DNA of 64,000 nucleotides from Lysobacteraceae bacterium (GCA_013823855.1 PNMW01000055.1:234-64233); one strand, 5' to 3'. Counted from the stretch's first letter, positions 28,708 to 38,866 are shown. Made by a program: numbers and translations. The notes: generated by a model from the letters alone, not told the origin.

Positions 28708-31509
28708 GTGAAGCAAGACAATCGACAGCGCAAGCTGGGCGGAGTCGCTTCGGCAATCGCGATGGCGGCAGCCGTCGTGGCCGCCGGCGCCCCCGTTCAG
28801 GCTGAAGCGCAGTTGCTGCAGCGTCTGCTGGGTGGCAACACCAGCAGTCCCGCTGCACCTGCTGCAAACAACGGGCTGCTGAAGACCCTGTTGCCCCGCA
28901 ACCAGACGCCGGCTGCGGGTGCCCCGGCGGCCATCAACAAGTACACCAACCAGATCATTCCGAACGGCTCGGTACTGCTGGTCTGGAGCGGTGACGGCTG
29001 CTCGACGCCGGTCTGCAACCCGCAGACCGCGCAGGACTTCCTGGCCGTCGTCGACGTCGAGCCGAACTCGACGACCTACGGCAACGTGATCTGGACGGCC
29101 GAGCTGCCGAAGGTGCTGCTGTCGAACATCCTGCCGGTCGCGACCTCGGGCGCGGCGACGGATTCGCACAACGATCCGCACCACATGCTCAGCTACACCT
29201 CGTACATCTCCGGCGGTGGCGACGGCCTGCAGGCCGGGCGCAAGTACCAGTTCGCCGGCGGCGTGATCTCGAAGAACGTGTTCCGCTTCGACGTGACCTC
29301 GGTCCGCAGCATCGGCAAGGCCGATCTCGCGGTCTGCGGTACCCAGGTGCGCCGTTCCTCGCTGACCGACGATTTCGTGGTCATGCCGTCGACGACGGGC
29401 AACCACAAGATCCTCTACACCTACATGTCGAACTACGTGTACGGCCCGGGCGGCTCGGTCACGGAAATCGAACCGGATCGCGTGGCCCCGACCGCGCTCG
29501 GCGTCTGCCTGGCCACCGCACCGGCCGTGCTGCCGCTGCTGGAATCGGTGCAGGTCGGCGGCCTGATCGGCAACATCCCCGGCCTGATCACCGACGACAC
29601 CAACCTGCTCGGCCACACCGGCATCACCGAATACGGTGCCGCCGTGCGTGCCAACCAGCCGCGCAACCCGACCAACTACACGAGCTATCCGGACCTGCGT
29701 CCGTCGCGTCGCGTCAACCAGGGTGCGTTCTACCTGGGCAACGACGACGTCGGCATCGAAGCGCTGCCGCACGGCATGGGTCTGACCTATGACGGCAAGT
29801 ATCTGGTGTCGTCCGACTACGCCGTCGCGGCGTCGATCGGCGCCGCCGCGATCAACGGTGCGTTGCGCGGCCTCTGCAACCAGGGCGCGTTCAACGGCGG
29901 CACCGGCAACGGCAGCCCGCTGGGCGTCTGCGGTTCGACCTTCGGCTCGTCGGTGCGCGTCTTCGAGACCAGCTACAAGTACAACCGCGGCAAGACCCGT
30001 GACTCGCTGAAGCAGGCGAACGTCTACGCGTCGAACCCGTACGTCCGTTCGGTCTCGGCCGTGCCGGATGGTCCGCGCGAGGAACTGGTGCTGTTCCATG
30101 AAGAGAACGAAGGCCTGATGCCGTTCGGCCTGCCGCACCAGTCGCATCACTGCAAGAACCAGAAGGGCTGGGTCGATCTGAACGATCCGACCTACGACTC
30201 GGCGATCACCCCGGCCGGTCTGGCCGCGAACGCCTCGTCGCCGGTCGACATCGATGACTGCCAGCCGGGCGATCCGAACTACGTGCCGCACGATGGCGCG
30301 TTCACCGGCGCGATGTGCGGCGGCACGCTGTACTACAGCCCGAACATCCGCATCTCCGGTACCCAGACCAACGTGTTCGGCGGCAAGGGTCCGTACTGGC
30401 GTGCGGTCTATGACGTCGGTCCGTGCCCGGGCGTGTCGTACTTCAGCATCTCCGACGACGATCGCTTCCTGATCCAGCCGATCTCCGGTATCGAAAGCCC
30501 GGCCTCGATCGATCCGGTCGGCGCCGTCGAGTTCGATCGCGACTATCCGCGCGAGCACAGCCGTCGTCTGCTGACCATCGACATCCGTCCGCTGCTGGCC
30601 AAGGGCCGTGCGGAAACGGTGGCCACGGCGATCGCCTGCGACTTCCCGCCGCCGGACCGCAACCGTGCGTCGAAGAGCTCGCTCGGTGCGCTGGCCCAGC
30701 GTGCGGACCTGTCGGGTGGCATCTCCGGCGCGTTCAACATCCTGAAGCACAACAACGAAGCGGCGGATTGCCCGCGTGTCCGCGGCGCGGTCGGTCAGTT
30801 CGAAACCGGTCCGACCGGCGTCGGCCTGGCGACCACCCTGTCGTCGAACGTGTCGCAGCTCGGCACCGGCTACCTGCGTGCTGCGCAGGTCATCGAGGAG
30901 GTCACCGCGCTGAATCCGGGCGGCATCCTGCTCGACAAGACCAAGACCGGCGGCGAGCCGTCGGGCGTCACCGGCGGTGGTCCGGGCAGCGGTAATCTCA
31001 ACAGCCTGCAGAACCTGTACACCCACGGCGGTCCGCACTTCACGGTCATCGATCGCGTCGGTTTCCAGAAGACGCCGAGCAACGAAGGTGGCTACCTCGA
31101 CCTGCGTCCGAAGGACAACGGCTCGGGCATCGGCGTGCCGCGTGATGCCGTGGTCGGTGCGGCGCCGGCCACCGGCGTGCAGCGCTACGCCTTCATCCAG
31201 TACTTCGTCGAGCTGAACCACGTCCCGGGTCCGGGTACCGGTTCGGACGGCGACCGTACGATCTGCCTTGCCAAGTACGACCGCCGCACCGGCGCCACCG
31301 TGCTTGACACGACCTTCACCGATGAACTGCTCGGCACGCCGTGCGTCGACTTCGACTCCGCTGCCCGTGACGCCTGGCTGTGGCCGGGTGCCCGCGGCAA
31401 GAAGGGTTCGGCGAAGCCGCACTCGGCGGTGTTCGAACGTGACGGTGCCGCGCTGTTCGGCCCGGGCTACTACCCGGCCGCGCCGCTGGACGTCGATGGC
31501 ACGCGGTAA
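28708..31509 (+). CDS. Large secreted selenium-binding-protein (SBP56)/methanethiol-oxidase-like beta-propeller
   Basis: Signal peptide ending AEA-Q; DFLAVVDVEPNSTTYGNVI...HNDPHHM resembles the SBP56 N-terminal motif; LPHG, GGPHF and KPHS motifs; 14 Cys; codon use typical of high expression. Confidence 0.65.
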   Translation: MKQDNRQRKLGGVASAIAMAAAVVAAGAPVQAEAQLLQRLLGGNTSSPAAPAANNGLLKTLLPRNQTPAAGAPAAINKYTNQIIPNGSVLLVWSGDGCSTPVCNPQTAQDFLAVVDVEPNSTTYGNVIWTAELPKVLLSNILPVATSGAATDSHNDPHHMLSYTSYISGGGDGLQAGRKYQFAGGVISKNVFRFDVTSVRSIGKADLAVCGTQVRRSSLTDDFVVMPSTTGNHKILYTYMSNYVYGPGGSVTEIEPDRVAPTALGVCLATAPAVLPLLESVQVGGLIGNIPGLITDDTNLLGHTGITEYGAAVRANQPRNPTNYTSYPDLRPSRRVNQGAFYLGNDDVGIEALPHGMGLTYDGKYLVSSDYAVAASIGAAAINGALRGLCNQGAFNGGTGNGSPLGVCGSTFGSSVRVFETSYKYNRGKTRDSLKQANVYASNPYVRSVSAVPDGPREELVLFHEENEGLMPFGLPHQSHHCKNQKGWVDLNDPTYDSAITPAGLAANASSPVDIDDCQPGDPNYVPHDGAFTGAMCGGTLYYSPNIRISGTQTNVFGGKGPYWRAVYDVGPCPGVSYFSISDDDRFLIQPISGIESPASIDPVGAVEFDRDYPREHSRRLLTIDIRPLLAKGRAETVATAIACDFPPPDRNRASKSSLGALAQRADLSGGISGAFNILKHNNEAADCPRVRGAVGQFETGPTGVGLATTLSSNVSQLGTGYLRAAQVIEEVTALNPGGILLDKTKTGGEPSGVTGGGPGSGNLNSLQNLYTHGGPHFTVIDRVGFQKTPSNEGGYLDLRPKDNGSGIGVPRDAVVGAAPATGVQRYAFIQYFVELNHVPGPGTGSDGDRTICLAKYDRRTGATVLDTTFTDELLGTPCVDFDSAARDAWLWPGARGKKGSAKPHSAVFERDGAALFGPGYYPAAPLDVDGTR

Positions 31510-31640
31510 TTGATGTCCTGGATGCCTTCTCCGGGGAAAGCCGGGGAAGGACCCCGGCAGTCGCGACCTCCGTCGCGGCTGCCGGCTGTCTGGGCGCGGT
31601 GGTGTCCGCTCGTCCTCGACGATGCGCCGCCGCCGCCCGA

Positions 31641-31674
31641 CCCCTCCCCCGCACGCGGGGGAGGGCTTTTTTTA
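31641..31674 (+). terminator. Rho-independent terminator
   Basis: CCCTCCCCCGC-AC-GCGGGGGAGGG stem followed by a T7 run. Confidence 0.8.
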
Positions 31675-31700
31675 TTGATCGTCACCGGAGTACCACCTCG

Positions 31701-32612
31701 ATGTCGCAGTTTCCGTTTTCCCGCTTCAAGCAGGCGCTGGTCGTGGCCGGCCTTTTCGCTGTCGCCGGCTTCGTTCACGCCCAGGCCAGGTCGACGTCGC
31801 CGGCCGATGCCGGGCTCGCCGTCGACGTGTCCGTCAACGGCAGGCCGATCACCCGCAATCACATCACCCTGATGGGCGCCAATTTCACCCAGGATCATCA
31901 GGCCCCGGGGCCGGAAGCCCAGGCGGCAGCCCGCGCTGAACTGATCACCCAGGAAGTGCTGGCCCAGGCCGCGCTGAAGGAAGGTCTCGACAAGAAGCCG
32001 GTGGTCGCCGACCAGATCGCCTTCCAGGAGCGGGCGATCCTGTCGCGCGCCTATCTGGAGGATTACTTCATCAGGAATCCGGTGACCGACGAGACGCTGA
32101 AGACCAGCTACGACTTCTCCGTCGCCAGCGGCAAGCTCACCGAGTACAAGGTTCGCCACATCCTGGTGAACGACCTGCCGAAGGCCGAGGAACTGGCCGC
32201 GCGGCTGGCCAAGGGCGAGGACTTCGTCGCCGTCGCCAAGGTCGAAACCCTGGATCCGGGCGGCCAGAGCACCGGCGGCGATCTCGGCTGGTTCCGGCCG
32301 GACATCTTCGTCGACGCCAGCTTTGCCAAGGCCGTGCAGGGCCTGAAGAAGGGCGAGGTCACCAAGCTGCCGGTGCGCAGCCGCTTCGGCTGGCATCTGA
32401 TCAAGCTCGAGGACGGTCCGCGTCCGGTCGCCAGCGCCGCGAAGTGGGACCAGCTCGACGATCCGGTCAAGCAGTCGCTGCGCCAGCGCGCGGCCCAGGC
32501 CCGTCTCGAGGCGCTGACCGAAGGCCTGACCAGCAAGGCGAAGATCGCCGGTCCGGGGCTGGCTGCGGCGACCGCGACCGCCGCCGGCGGCAAGAGCAAG
32601 AGCGCGCCCTGA
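31701..32612 (+). CDS. Periplasmic parvulin (PpiC)-type peptidyl-prolyl isomerase
   Basis: Signal peptide; YKVRHILV, GGDLGWF, SRFGWHLIK. Confidence 0.9.
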   Translation: MSQFPFSRFKQALVVAGLFAVAGFVHAQARSTSPADAGLAVDVSVNGRPITRNHITLMGANFTQDHQAPGPEAQAAARAELITQEVLAQAALKEGLDKKPVVADQIAFQERAILSRAYLEDYFIRNPVTDETLKTSYDFSVASGKLTEYKVRHILVNDLPKAEELAARLAKGEDFVAVAKVETLDPGGQSTGGDLGWFRPDIFVDASFAKAVQGLKKGEVTKLPVRSRFGWHLIKLEDGPRPVASAAKWDQLDDPVKQSLRQRAAQARLEALTEGLTSKAKIAGPGLAAATATAAGGKSKSAP

Positions 32613-32647
32613 AGCGCTGCCATTCCCCATCACGAGAGAAGACGCAG

Positions 32648-33370
32648 ATGATCCGATTCCCCTTCAACAAGACCGCGATGGCGATTGCCGCGGCGCTGCT
32701 GCTGTCCGCCTGCGCGCAGCAGGCGGCGAAGCCGGAGGCCGCTGCGGCGGTGCCGGCGGACGACCCGTCGAAGCGCGTGCCGCCGACCCTGGCGACCCTG
32801 GACCCGTCGACCTTGTCCGAGGAAGACCGCATTGGCCTGACCACGCACTTCGCGCGGATCGGCGACCTCGCCGCGCTGAAGCGGATGCTCGACGCCGGCG
32901 TCGACGTCAACAGCCGGGATACGCTGGACCAGACGCCGCTGATCGCGGCGGTCAGCCAGAACTCGCTGGCGGCGGTCACCGAAGTGCTCAAGCGCGGTGC
33001 CAAGCTCGACATCGTCGACAAGGCCGGCTGGGCGCCGCTGCATTTCGCAACCTTCTTCAGCGACCAGACCGAGGTGATGAAGGCGCTGCTCGACGCCGGC
33101 GCCGACGTCAACGCCCGGAACGATCGCGGCATCACCGCGCTGTACTTCGCGGCCGCCACCGGCCACGAAGCGCAGGTCAAGCTGCTGCTGGCGCGCGGCG
33201 CGGATCGCAGGATCGCCTCGAAGACCGGCTGGACGCCGCTGCGCATCACCAAGGTCAAGGGCATCGAGCCGATCGTCAAGCTGCTCGATCCGGACGGCAA
33301 GGGCGATGGCAGCCCGGAGCCGGCGCCGGTGTCCGCCAGCGAAGCGCCGGCCGTGGCCGGCGGCTCCTGA
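32648..33370 (+). CDS. Ankyrin-repeat lipoprotein
   Basis: Lipobox LSAC; repeats DQTPLIAA, GWAPLHFA, GITALYFAA, GADVNARN. Confidence 0.88.
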   Translation: MIRFPFNKTAMAIAAALLLSACAQQAAKPEAAAAVPADDPSKRVPPTLATLDPSTLSEEDRIGLTTHFARIGDLAALKRMLDAGVDVNSRDTLDQTPLIAAVSQNSLAAVTEVLKRGAKLDIVDKAGWAPLHFATFFSDQTEVMKALLDAGADVNARNDRGITALYFAAATGHEAQVKLLLARGADRRIASKTGWTPLRITKVKGIEPIVKLLDPDGKGDGSPEPAPVSASEAPAVAGGS

Positions 33371-33380
33371 TCCGAAACCG

Positions 33381-34232
33381 ATGACGCCGCCTCGTCGCAG
33401 CCTGATCGGTGCGTGGCTGCTGGCCGCGTCGACCGCGGCCGGCGCGCACGAAGGTCATCGGCATGCCGAGCCGCTGCCGCCTTCGGCGCAGCCTGCGCCC
33501 CGCTCGGCGCCGGCGGGGCTTGCGCCGCGCAGCAGCCGGCCGGCGCGGGTGATTGCCGATGCCCGGAAATCGGTGGTCGTCGCTGCGCCGGAGGCTGGCG
33601 TGCTGGAAGCGCCTACGGGTGGTTTCAAGCGGGCCGGCCAGACGGTGCAGGCCGGCGAGCTGCTGGGCCGGCTGCGGCCGGCGACGCCGCAGGCGCAGCG
33701 CCGGGAGATCGAGGCGCAGCTGGTCGATGCGCGCCGCGACACCACACTCGGCGCGCTGCAGATCGATCGCTACGGCATCACCGAGGCGCAACGCTTCGAC
33801 ATCAGCCTGCCGACCCAGACCTTGCAGATCCTGACCGATTACAACGCTGCCAAGACCCGGCGCGCGCAGCTCGAAACCAGCCTCGACGGCCAGGTGGAAA
33901 TCCGGGCGCCGCGCAGTGGCCGGATACTGCGCAGCGATGCCGATGCCAGCCGTCAGCTGGCGCCGGGCGAAGCGCTGTTCACCATCCAGTCGGACCGCGA
34001 TGCACTGGCGGTGGAGATGCGCGTCGCCGACGACGGCTTCACGGCACCGCCGTCCGCGGTGGCGGTGCTCGGCGACGGCCGCGAATTGCCGCTGACCCGC
34101 ATCGGCAACGGCTTCGATCTGGCGCAGCGCGCCCACGTCAGCCTCTACGCGCTGCTGGAGGCCGCGCCGGACCTGGTGGTCAACCAGCGGCTGCAGGTGC
34201 AATGGCCGACGACCGGAGGCAGTGGTCGATGA
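33381..34232 (+). CDS. RND membrane-fusion (adaptor)-like protein with His-rich N-terminus
   Basis: Signal peptide then AHEGHRH; lipoyl-like VAAPEAG...GQTVQAGELL and IRAPRSG segments. Confidence 0.7.
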   Translation: MTPPRRSLIGAWLLAASTAAGAHEGHRHAEPLPPSAQPAPRSAPAGLAPRSSRPARVIADARKSVVVAAPEAGVLEAPTGGFKRAGQTVQAGELLGRLRPATPQAQRREIEAQLVDARRDTTLGALQIDRYGITEAQRFDISLPTQTLQILTDYNAAKTRRAQLETSLDGQVEIRAPRSGRILRSDADASRQLAPGEALFTIQSDRDALAVEMRVADDGFTAPPSAVAVLGDGRELPLTRIGNGFDLAQRAHVSLYALLEAAPDLVVNQRLQVQWPTTGGSGR

Positions 34233-35365
34233 AGCCGGACTATCCGCGTCGGCTGCTGCTGGCGCTCGCCGTCGCCGGCCTGAGCGCGTCGGCGCATGAC
34301 GGCGAGGTTCATCGTGATCCGGCCGACGCTGCCCCGGCGGCGGTCCGGGATTTCACGCTGCAGCGTCCGATATGGCTGGCCGACGGCAGCCTGCGGGTCA
34401 GCAAGGCGCTGCAGGTGCGCATGAACATCCGCAGCCAGCCGTGGTCGGCAGCGATGCAGGCGCTGGCCAGCCAGCGTCTGGCCGCCGAGGTACAGGCCCA
34501 GCCCGATGCCGCGCTCGCCGTGGTCGCCATTGAACGCGGCAGGCTCGAAGCCCCGGACGGCGGCTGGCTGCTGCCGGGCCAGCAGGTCAGGGCCGGGCAG
34601 CTGCTCGCCTGGTTGCGACCGCAGCTCAGCCAGCAGGAGCGGTCCGATCGCCGGGCCCGGCTGGCCAGGCTGGAGGCCGAACTGGCGATCGTCGAGGTCA
34701 ATGTCGAGCGCCAGCAGCTGCAGAGCGCGGTCAACGTCGAGGCCGGCGGTGTGGCCAGCGGCAACATCTGGGTCGAGAAGTACCTCGCCGAACGCGACGC
34801 GATGCGCGGCAATCGCGATCTGCTGGCGCAGAGCCTCGACGACCGCATCGCCTTGCGGGCGCCGCATGCCGGGCGCGTGCTCGATGTCGCCGCCGCGCCC
34901 GGTGCCGTCGTCGAGGCCGGTGCCGCGGTGCTGCGGCTGTCGGACAGCGATGCCCTGCAGCTGCTCGCGGTCCACCAGCAGGCGGGGCTCGGCGCGCGCA
35001 TCGCGACGGCGCGCCTGAGCGACGGCAGCCTGCTGCTGCCGCGCGGCGAGGAACCGCTGGCCGACGGCAGCGGCTGGCGGCTGCGTTTCGATGTCCCGGC
35101 CGGGCATGCGCGGCTGATCGCCGGTCAGGTGGTGCGACTCGACGTCGCGATCCGGCCGCCGGCGGGTGCCGTCGCCATTCCCGCTGGCGCCTGCGTGGGC
35201 CGGGGCGATGCCGCCGAGGTGTGGATGCAGCGCGGCGACGAGCGCTTCGAAGTGCGCCGTCTGCCGTCCTGCCAGCCGGCGCGCGGCACGGCCGCGGCGC
35301 TGGCGCTGGTCGACGGCGATCGCCTGGTGACCGAAGGCGCGGCGCTGCTCAGCCGCTATCGCTGA
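34229..35365 (+). CDS. RND membrane-fusion (adaptor) protein
   Basis: AHDGEVH; PGQQVRAGQLLA; LRAPHAG; GDRLVTEGAALL C-terminus; ATGA coupling. Confidence 0.75.
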   Translation: MKPDYPRRLLLALAVAGLSASAHDGEVHRDPADAAPAAVRDFTLQRPIWLADGSLRVSKALQVRMNIRSQPWSAAMQALASQRLAAEVQAQPDAALAVVAIERGRLEAPDGGWLLPGQQVRAGQLLAWLRPQLSQQERSDRRARLARLEAELAIVEVNVERQQLQSAVNVEAGGVASGNIWVEKYLAERDAMRGNRDLLAQSLDDRIALRAPHAGRVLDVAAAPGAVVEAGAAVLRLSDSDALQLLAVHQQAGLGARIATARLSDGSLLLPRGEEPLADGSGWRLRFDVPAGHARLIAGQVVRLDVAIRPPAGAVAIPAGACVGRGDAAEVWMQRGDERFEVRRLPSCQPARGTAAALALVDGDRLVTEGAALLSRYR

Positions 35366-36246
35366 CCGGCAGCGGCCGGTGGCTTGCCGGCCGGCGCCAC
35401 CGTACGGCCATGGCCGTCTGCACGGCTGCTCCGGGGCTCGCGCGTGCCGGTTGCGGCGGCCGGCGTCGGTGGCTGTGCTGCCACCGCTGCCTTCGATGCG
35501 ATCGTGCCGGGCGGGCGCGCCGCCGTCGCTGCAGGCGTCGCAGCCCTGGCGGTCGGTGACGATGCGGCTGAGGCCGGTGCAGGCGCTGCAGCGGCCAGGC
35601 GCCGATCGCCGCCACTGCGTGGCTTCGGGTTCGGCGCATTGCCGCCGCTGCCATCGACGGCCGTTGCGGCGGACTCAAGCTTCGGAGCTGGCTTCGCTGC
35701 CGCTGCCCGGGCTGCTGCGGGAAGCGAAGCAGCCAGAGCCAGCGCAGGAATCCTGGCCGCCGAAGGCTGCGGCTTGGCCTTGCCGGCGGCCGGCGGCTGC
35801 GGATCGCCGCCGCCGCGCGGCGCCGGGTTCGACAGGTTGCCGCTGCCGGCGCCAGCCAGTGTTCCCGGCGGCTTCGGCTTCGGGACCGGCTTCGCCTTCG
35901 CTTTGGCCTTGGCCTTCGGCGAAGGATTCGCCTGCTTTCCTGCGGGCCCCGGCTCATTCCTGCCGCTGCCGGCAGGCAGGCAGCGCCGCCCGCTGTAGAT
36001 CGCCAGCGCGGCGATCTGGTTCGCCTCCTTGCGCACGCCGACCAGCTTGGCGTCGCAACCCTTCACGCAGATCGACGGCGGCGCCGTCGTGCGGTTGAGC
36101 ACGACCGAGGCGGCTGGCTGATGGATCTTGACGTCGCATCGCAGCGGCTTGGTCGCCAGCTTCGGGGCGGTGGTCCTGGCAGCGGCGATCGCGGTGGTCG
36201 CCGTCATGGCGACCACGGCGATCAGGGCCTGCGCGCGGGTCAGCAT
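35356..36246 (-). CDS. Hypothetical exported protein with Pro/Ala/Lys-rich tail
   Basis: Signal-like N-terminus, small four-Cys domain, PKAKAKAKAKP low-complexity tail; fills the gap downstream of the TonB receptor. Confidence 0.4.
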   Translation of the reverse strand: MLTRAQALIAVVAMTATTAIAAARTTAPKLATKPLRCDVKIHQPAASVVLNRTTAPPSICVKGCDAKLVGVRKEANQIAALAIYSGRRCLPAGSGRNEPGPAGKQANPSPKAKAKAKAKPVPKPKPPGTLAGAGSGNLSNPAPRGGGDPQPPAAGKAKPQPSAARIPALALAASLPAAARAAAAKPAPKLESAATAVDGSGGNAPNPKPRSGGDRRLAAAAPAPASAASSPTARAATPAATAARPPGTIASKAAVAAQPPTPAAATGTREPRSSRADGHGRTVAPAGKPPAAAGQR

Positions 36247-36391
36247 CGGGAACAGTCGTCCGGGGGCATCGGGCGCGGATTGCGCCCGGTGCGTATTGGA
36301 ACCCGAACCATCAGTCATCGGGAACCGCCCCGCATGAAAGGCATCGGCGACCCGCCCGGCGCAGCCGGAACGGCCGCCGATATCGGCCGCT

Positions 36392-38851
36392 TCAGCGGAT
36401 GTCGTAGCTCATGGTCACGCCGACGATGCGCGGCTGGCCGGCGTAGGCGAACGCGGTGTCGCCGAGATTGACCACCGAGGCGCGGTAGAACTCGTTGGTC
36501 AGGTTGCGGGCGAAGGCGGTGACCTGCCAGTGCTGTCCTGGCGCCGAGAAGCCGAGCCGCAGGTCGACGATCTGGTGTTCGTTCAGCGTGAAGAACGGGT
36601 CGCCTTCGAGCGTCGAGTTGGTGGCACCGGTGTGGCTCCAGGTGACGCCCGGCGACACGTTCAGCGCATCGGCGACGGTGAACGTGTAGTTGGCGAGCAC
36701 GCTGGCCTGCAGGCGCGGCGCATAGTTGAACGGCCGGCCGGCGAAGTCGAAATCGGCACCGGTGGCGGTCAGGCCGACGAACTCGATCACCTTGGTGCGC
36801 ACGTAGGAGCCGAGCGCGGTGATGTTCAGGTTGCGGATCGGCAGCCAGGTCGCGGTGATCTCGCCACCCTGCACGCGGGACTTCGGCACGTTCTGCAGAT
36901 ACTGAAGGTTGCCGAAGATCGGGTCCGAGAAGTAGGTCAGCAGCTGCTTGTCCTTGTACTCGTACTGGAACGCGGCGCTGTTGATCTGCACGCGATTGCC
37001 GAACAGGCCGATCTTGGCGCCGACCTCGTAGGCATCGAGCCGCTCCTGGACCACCGGTGCCAGGCTCGCCTGGTCGACCGAGAACACGGTCGGGAAGCCG
37101 CCGGACTTGTAGCCGCGCGTGTATGAGCCGTAGAACAGCAGATCGTCGGTCGGGGTCCAGCTGAGCACGCCGCGATAGGCGAGGTTGTCCTGCTTCAGCT
37201 GACCGGCGACCAGTCCGGCATTGCCGTTGGCGTCGACGCTGCCGCACTCACCGGGCGTGACCACCGAATTGCCGCCGCGGGCGATGCTGGCGAAGGTGAA
37301 CAGGGCGGACAGCGGCAGGATCGAATCGTTGTCGGCGTTCTCGTAGGTGCAGCCCTGGTAGCTCTGGGTTTCGCGCGAATAGCGGACGCCGGCGGTGAGC
37401 TTCAGGCTGTCGATGAACGCCCAGCTGGCATCGGCGAACACGCCGTTCGAGCGGGTCTGGCCGTCACCGCGCGCCGAGCCGCGGTTCAGCACCAGCGGTG
37501 TGAACAACGGCGGTGTCGAGCCGAACAAAGGGAAATTCAGGCTGTTGTCGGAAGCCCGACCCTCGCTGACGATGCCGTACTCGTCGTAGTTGGCATTGAC
37601 GCCGACGATGAAGTCGGCCGACTCGCCGAGATTGCCCTCGAGGCGGATCTCGCCGGAGGTCGAGCGGATGTTGCCGGTCAGGAACTGGTCGATGTTCTCC
37701 AGATCGGTGCCGCCCTGCGGCAACGCCGAGCCGTCGCTGCGCACCTGCGAGAACGCGAACAGGCCGACCAGCCGGTAGTCCTCGCTGATCTGCCACTGCG
37801 GCTTCAGCGTGGCGTTCCAGAAGTTGTCGTTGAGGCCGAAGCCGCCGTCCGGGTTCCAGTCGCCGATCTTGCTGTTGTTGTTATTGGCGATGAACGGGTA
37901 GTCGCGCAGCCGCGGCGAAATCGCGGCGTTGCCGGGCAGCAGCGGATTCTGCGGCCGGATGTCGACGGCGAACGGCGCCTGCGGCTCGCTCTTGTCGAGC
38001 CAGCCGGACACCGCGAGGCGGATGCTGACGTCGTCGATCACGTCCCAGTCGACGATGCCGCGCGCCGCACGCTTGGACACCTTGCCGAGACGGTCGTCCG
38101 GGCGCGTGTTGCTGCGCTGCCAGCCGATCTGCGATTCGCTTAAGGCACCGGCAAGCCGCACGCGCACCGAATCGCCCAGCGGGCCGCTGATGAAGCCTTC
38201 GGTATCGAAGCGGCCGTAGCTGCCGCCGGTGGCTTCGAGGCCGGCGGCGAACTTCCGGGTCGGCTTGTTGGCGATGTAGTTGATGGTGCCGCCGGTGGAG
38301 TTGCGGCCGTACAGCGTGCCCTGCGGGCCCTTCAGCACTTCGACCCGGCGCAGGTCGAGGTTCGGCCCCTTGGTCATCACCGGATAGGGCAGGGCGACCT
38401 CGTCGAGGTAGACTCCGACCGTCGACTGGTTGGCGAAGCTGGAATCGGCGAAGCCGACACCGCGCAGCGTGTAGATCGGCGTGTTGAAGCCGGAATCGGC
38501 ATAGGTGAAGCCGGCCACCAGCTTCGACAGCTCGCGGGTATCGCGCACGCCGACCGCCTTCAGATCGTCGCCGCCATAGGCGCTGATCGAGGTCGGGATG
38601 TCGTCGATGTAGCCATCGCGGCGGGTGGCGGTGACCACGATCTCTTCGATGCGGGTCACCGCCGGCCCGGCGGCCGGCGCTGCGGCGGTATCGGCACGGG
38701 TCGCAGTCGCTTCGGGAGTGGCTGCGACTGCGGCCGCCGCCGTGCCGTCGTCGACTGCGGCGGCGGTCTCCTGGGCGAGCACCGAAGCGCTCCACGGCGA
38801 GACGAGGCCGCCGATCGTGGCGGCGGAAACGAGGGTACGGAGCGTCTTCAT
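36392..38851 (-). CDS. TonB-dependent receptor
   Basis: IEEIVVTATRR TonB-box region; VEVLKGPQGTLYGRNSTGG plug motif; ARNLTNE...PRIVGVTMSYD terminus. Confidence 0.95.
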   Translation of the reverse strand: MKTLRTLVSAATIGGLVSPWSASVLAQETAAAVDDGTAAAAVAATPEATATRADTAAAPAAGPAVTRIEEIVVTATRRDGYIDDIPTSISAYGGDDLKAVGVRDTRELSKLVAGFTYADSGFNTPIYTLRGVGFADSSFANQSTVGVYLDEVALPYPVMTKGPNLDLRRVEVLKGPQGTLYGRNSTGGTINYIANKPTRKFAAGLEATGGSYGRFDTEGFISGPLGDSVRVRLAGALSESQIGWQRSNTRPDDRLGKVSKRAARGIVDWDVIDDVSIRLAVSGWLDKSEPQAPFAVDIRPQNPLLPGNAAISPRLRDYPFIANNNNSKIGDWNPDGGFGLNDNFWNATLKPQWQISEDYRLVGLFAFSQVRSDGSALPQGGTDLENIDQFLTGNIRSTSGEIRLEGNLGESADFIVGVNANYDEYGIVSEGRASDNSLNFPLFGSTPPLFTPLVLNRGSARGDGQTRSNGVFADASWAFIDSLKLTAGVRYSRETQSYQGCTYENADNDSILPLSALFTFASIARGGNSVVTPGECGSVDANGNAGLVAGQLKQDNLAYRGVLSWTPTDDLLFYGSYTRGYKSGGFPTVFSVDQASLAPVVQERLDAYEVGAKIGLFGNRVQINSAAFQYEYKDKQLLTYFSDPIFGNLQYLQNVPKSRVQGGEITATWLPIRNLNITALGSYVRTKVIEFVGLTATGADFDFAGRPFNYAPRLQASVLANYTFTVADALNVSPGVTWSHTGATNSTLEGDPFFTLNEHQIVDLRLGFSAPGQHWQVTAFARNLTNEFYRASVVNLGDTAFAYAGQPRIVGVTMSYDIR

Positions 38852-38866
38852 CGGATCGGCGGCGGC

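Noticed and set aside
31525-31550. Hairpin after the SBP56-like gene as a REP/CRISPR-type repeat
   Set aside because: Single copy; no repeat-spacer array seen anywhere in the window
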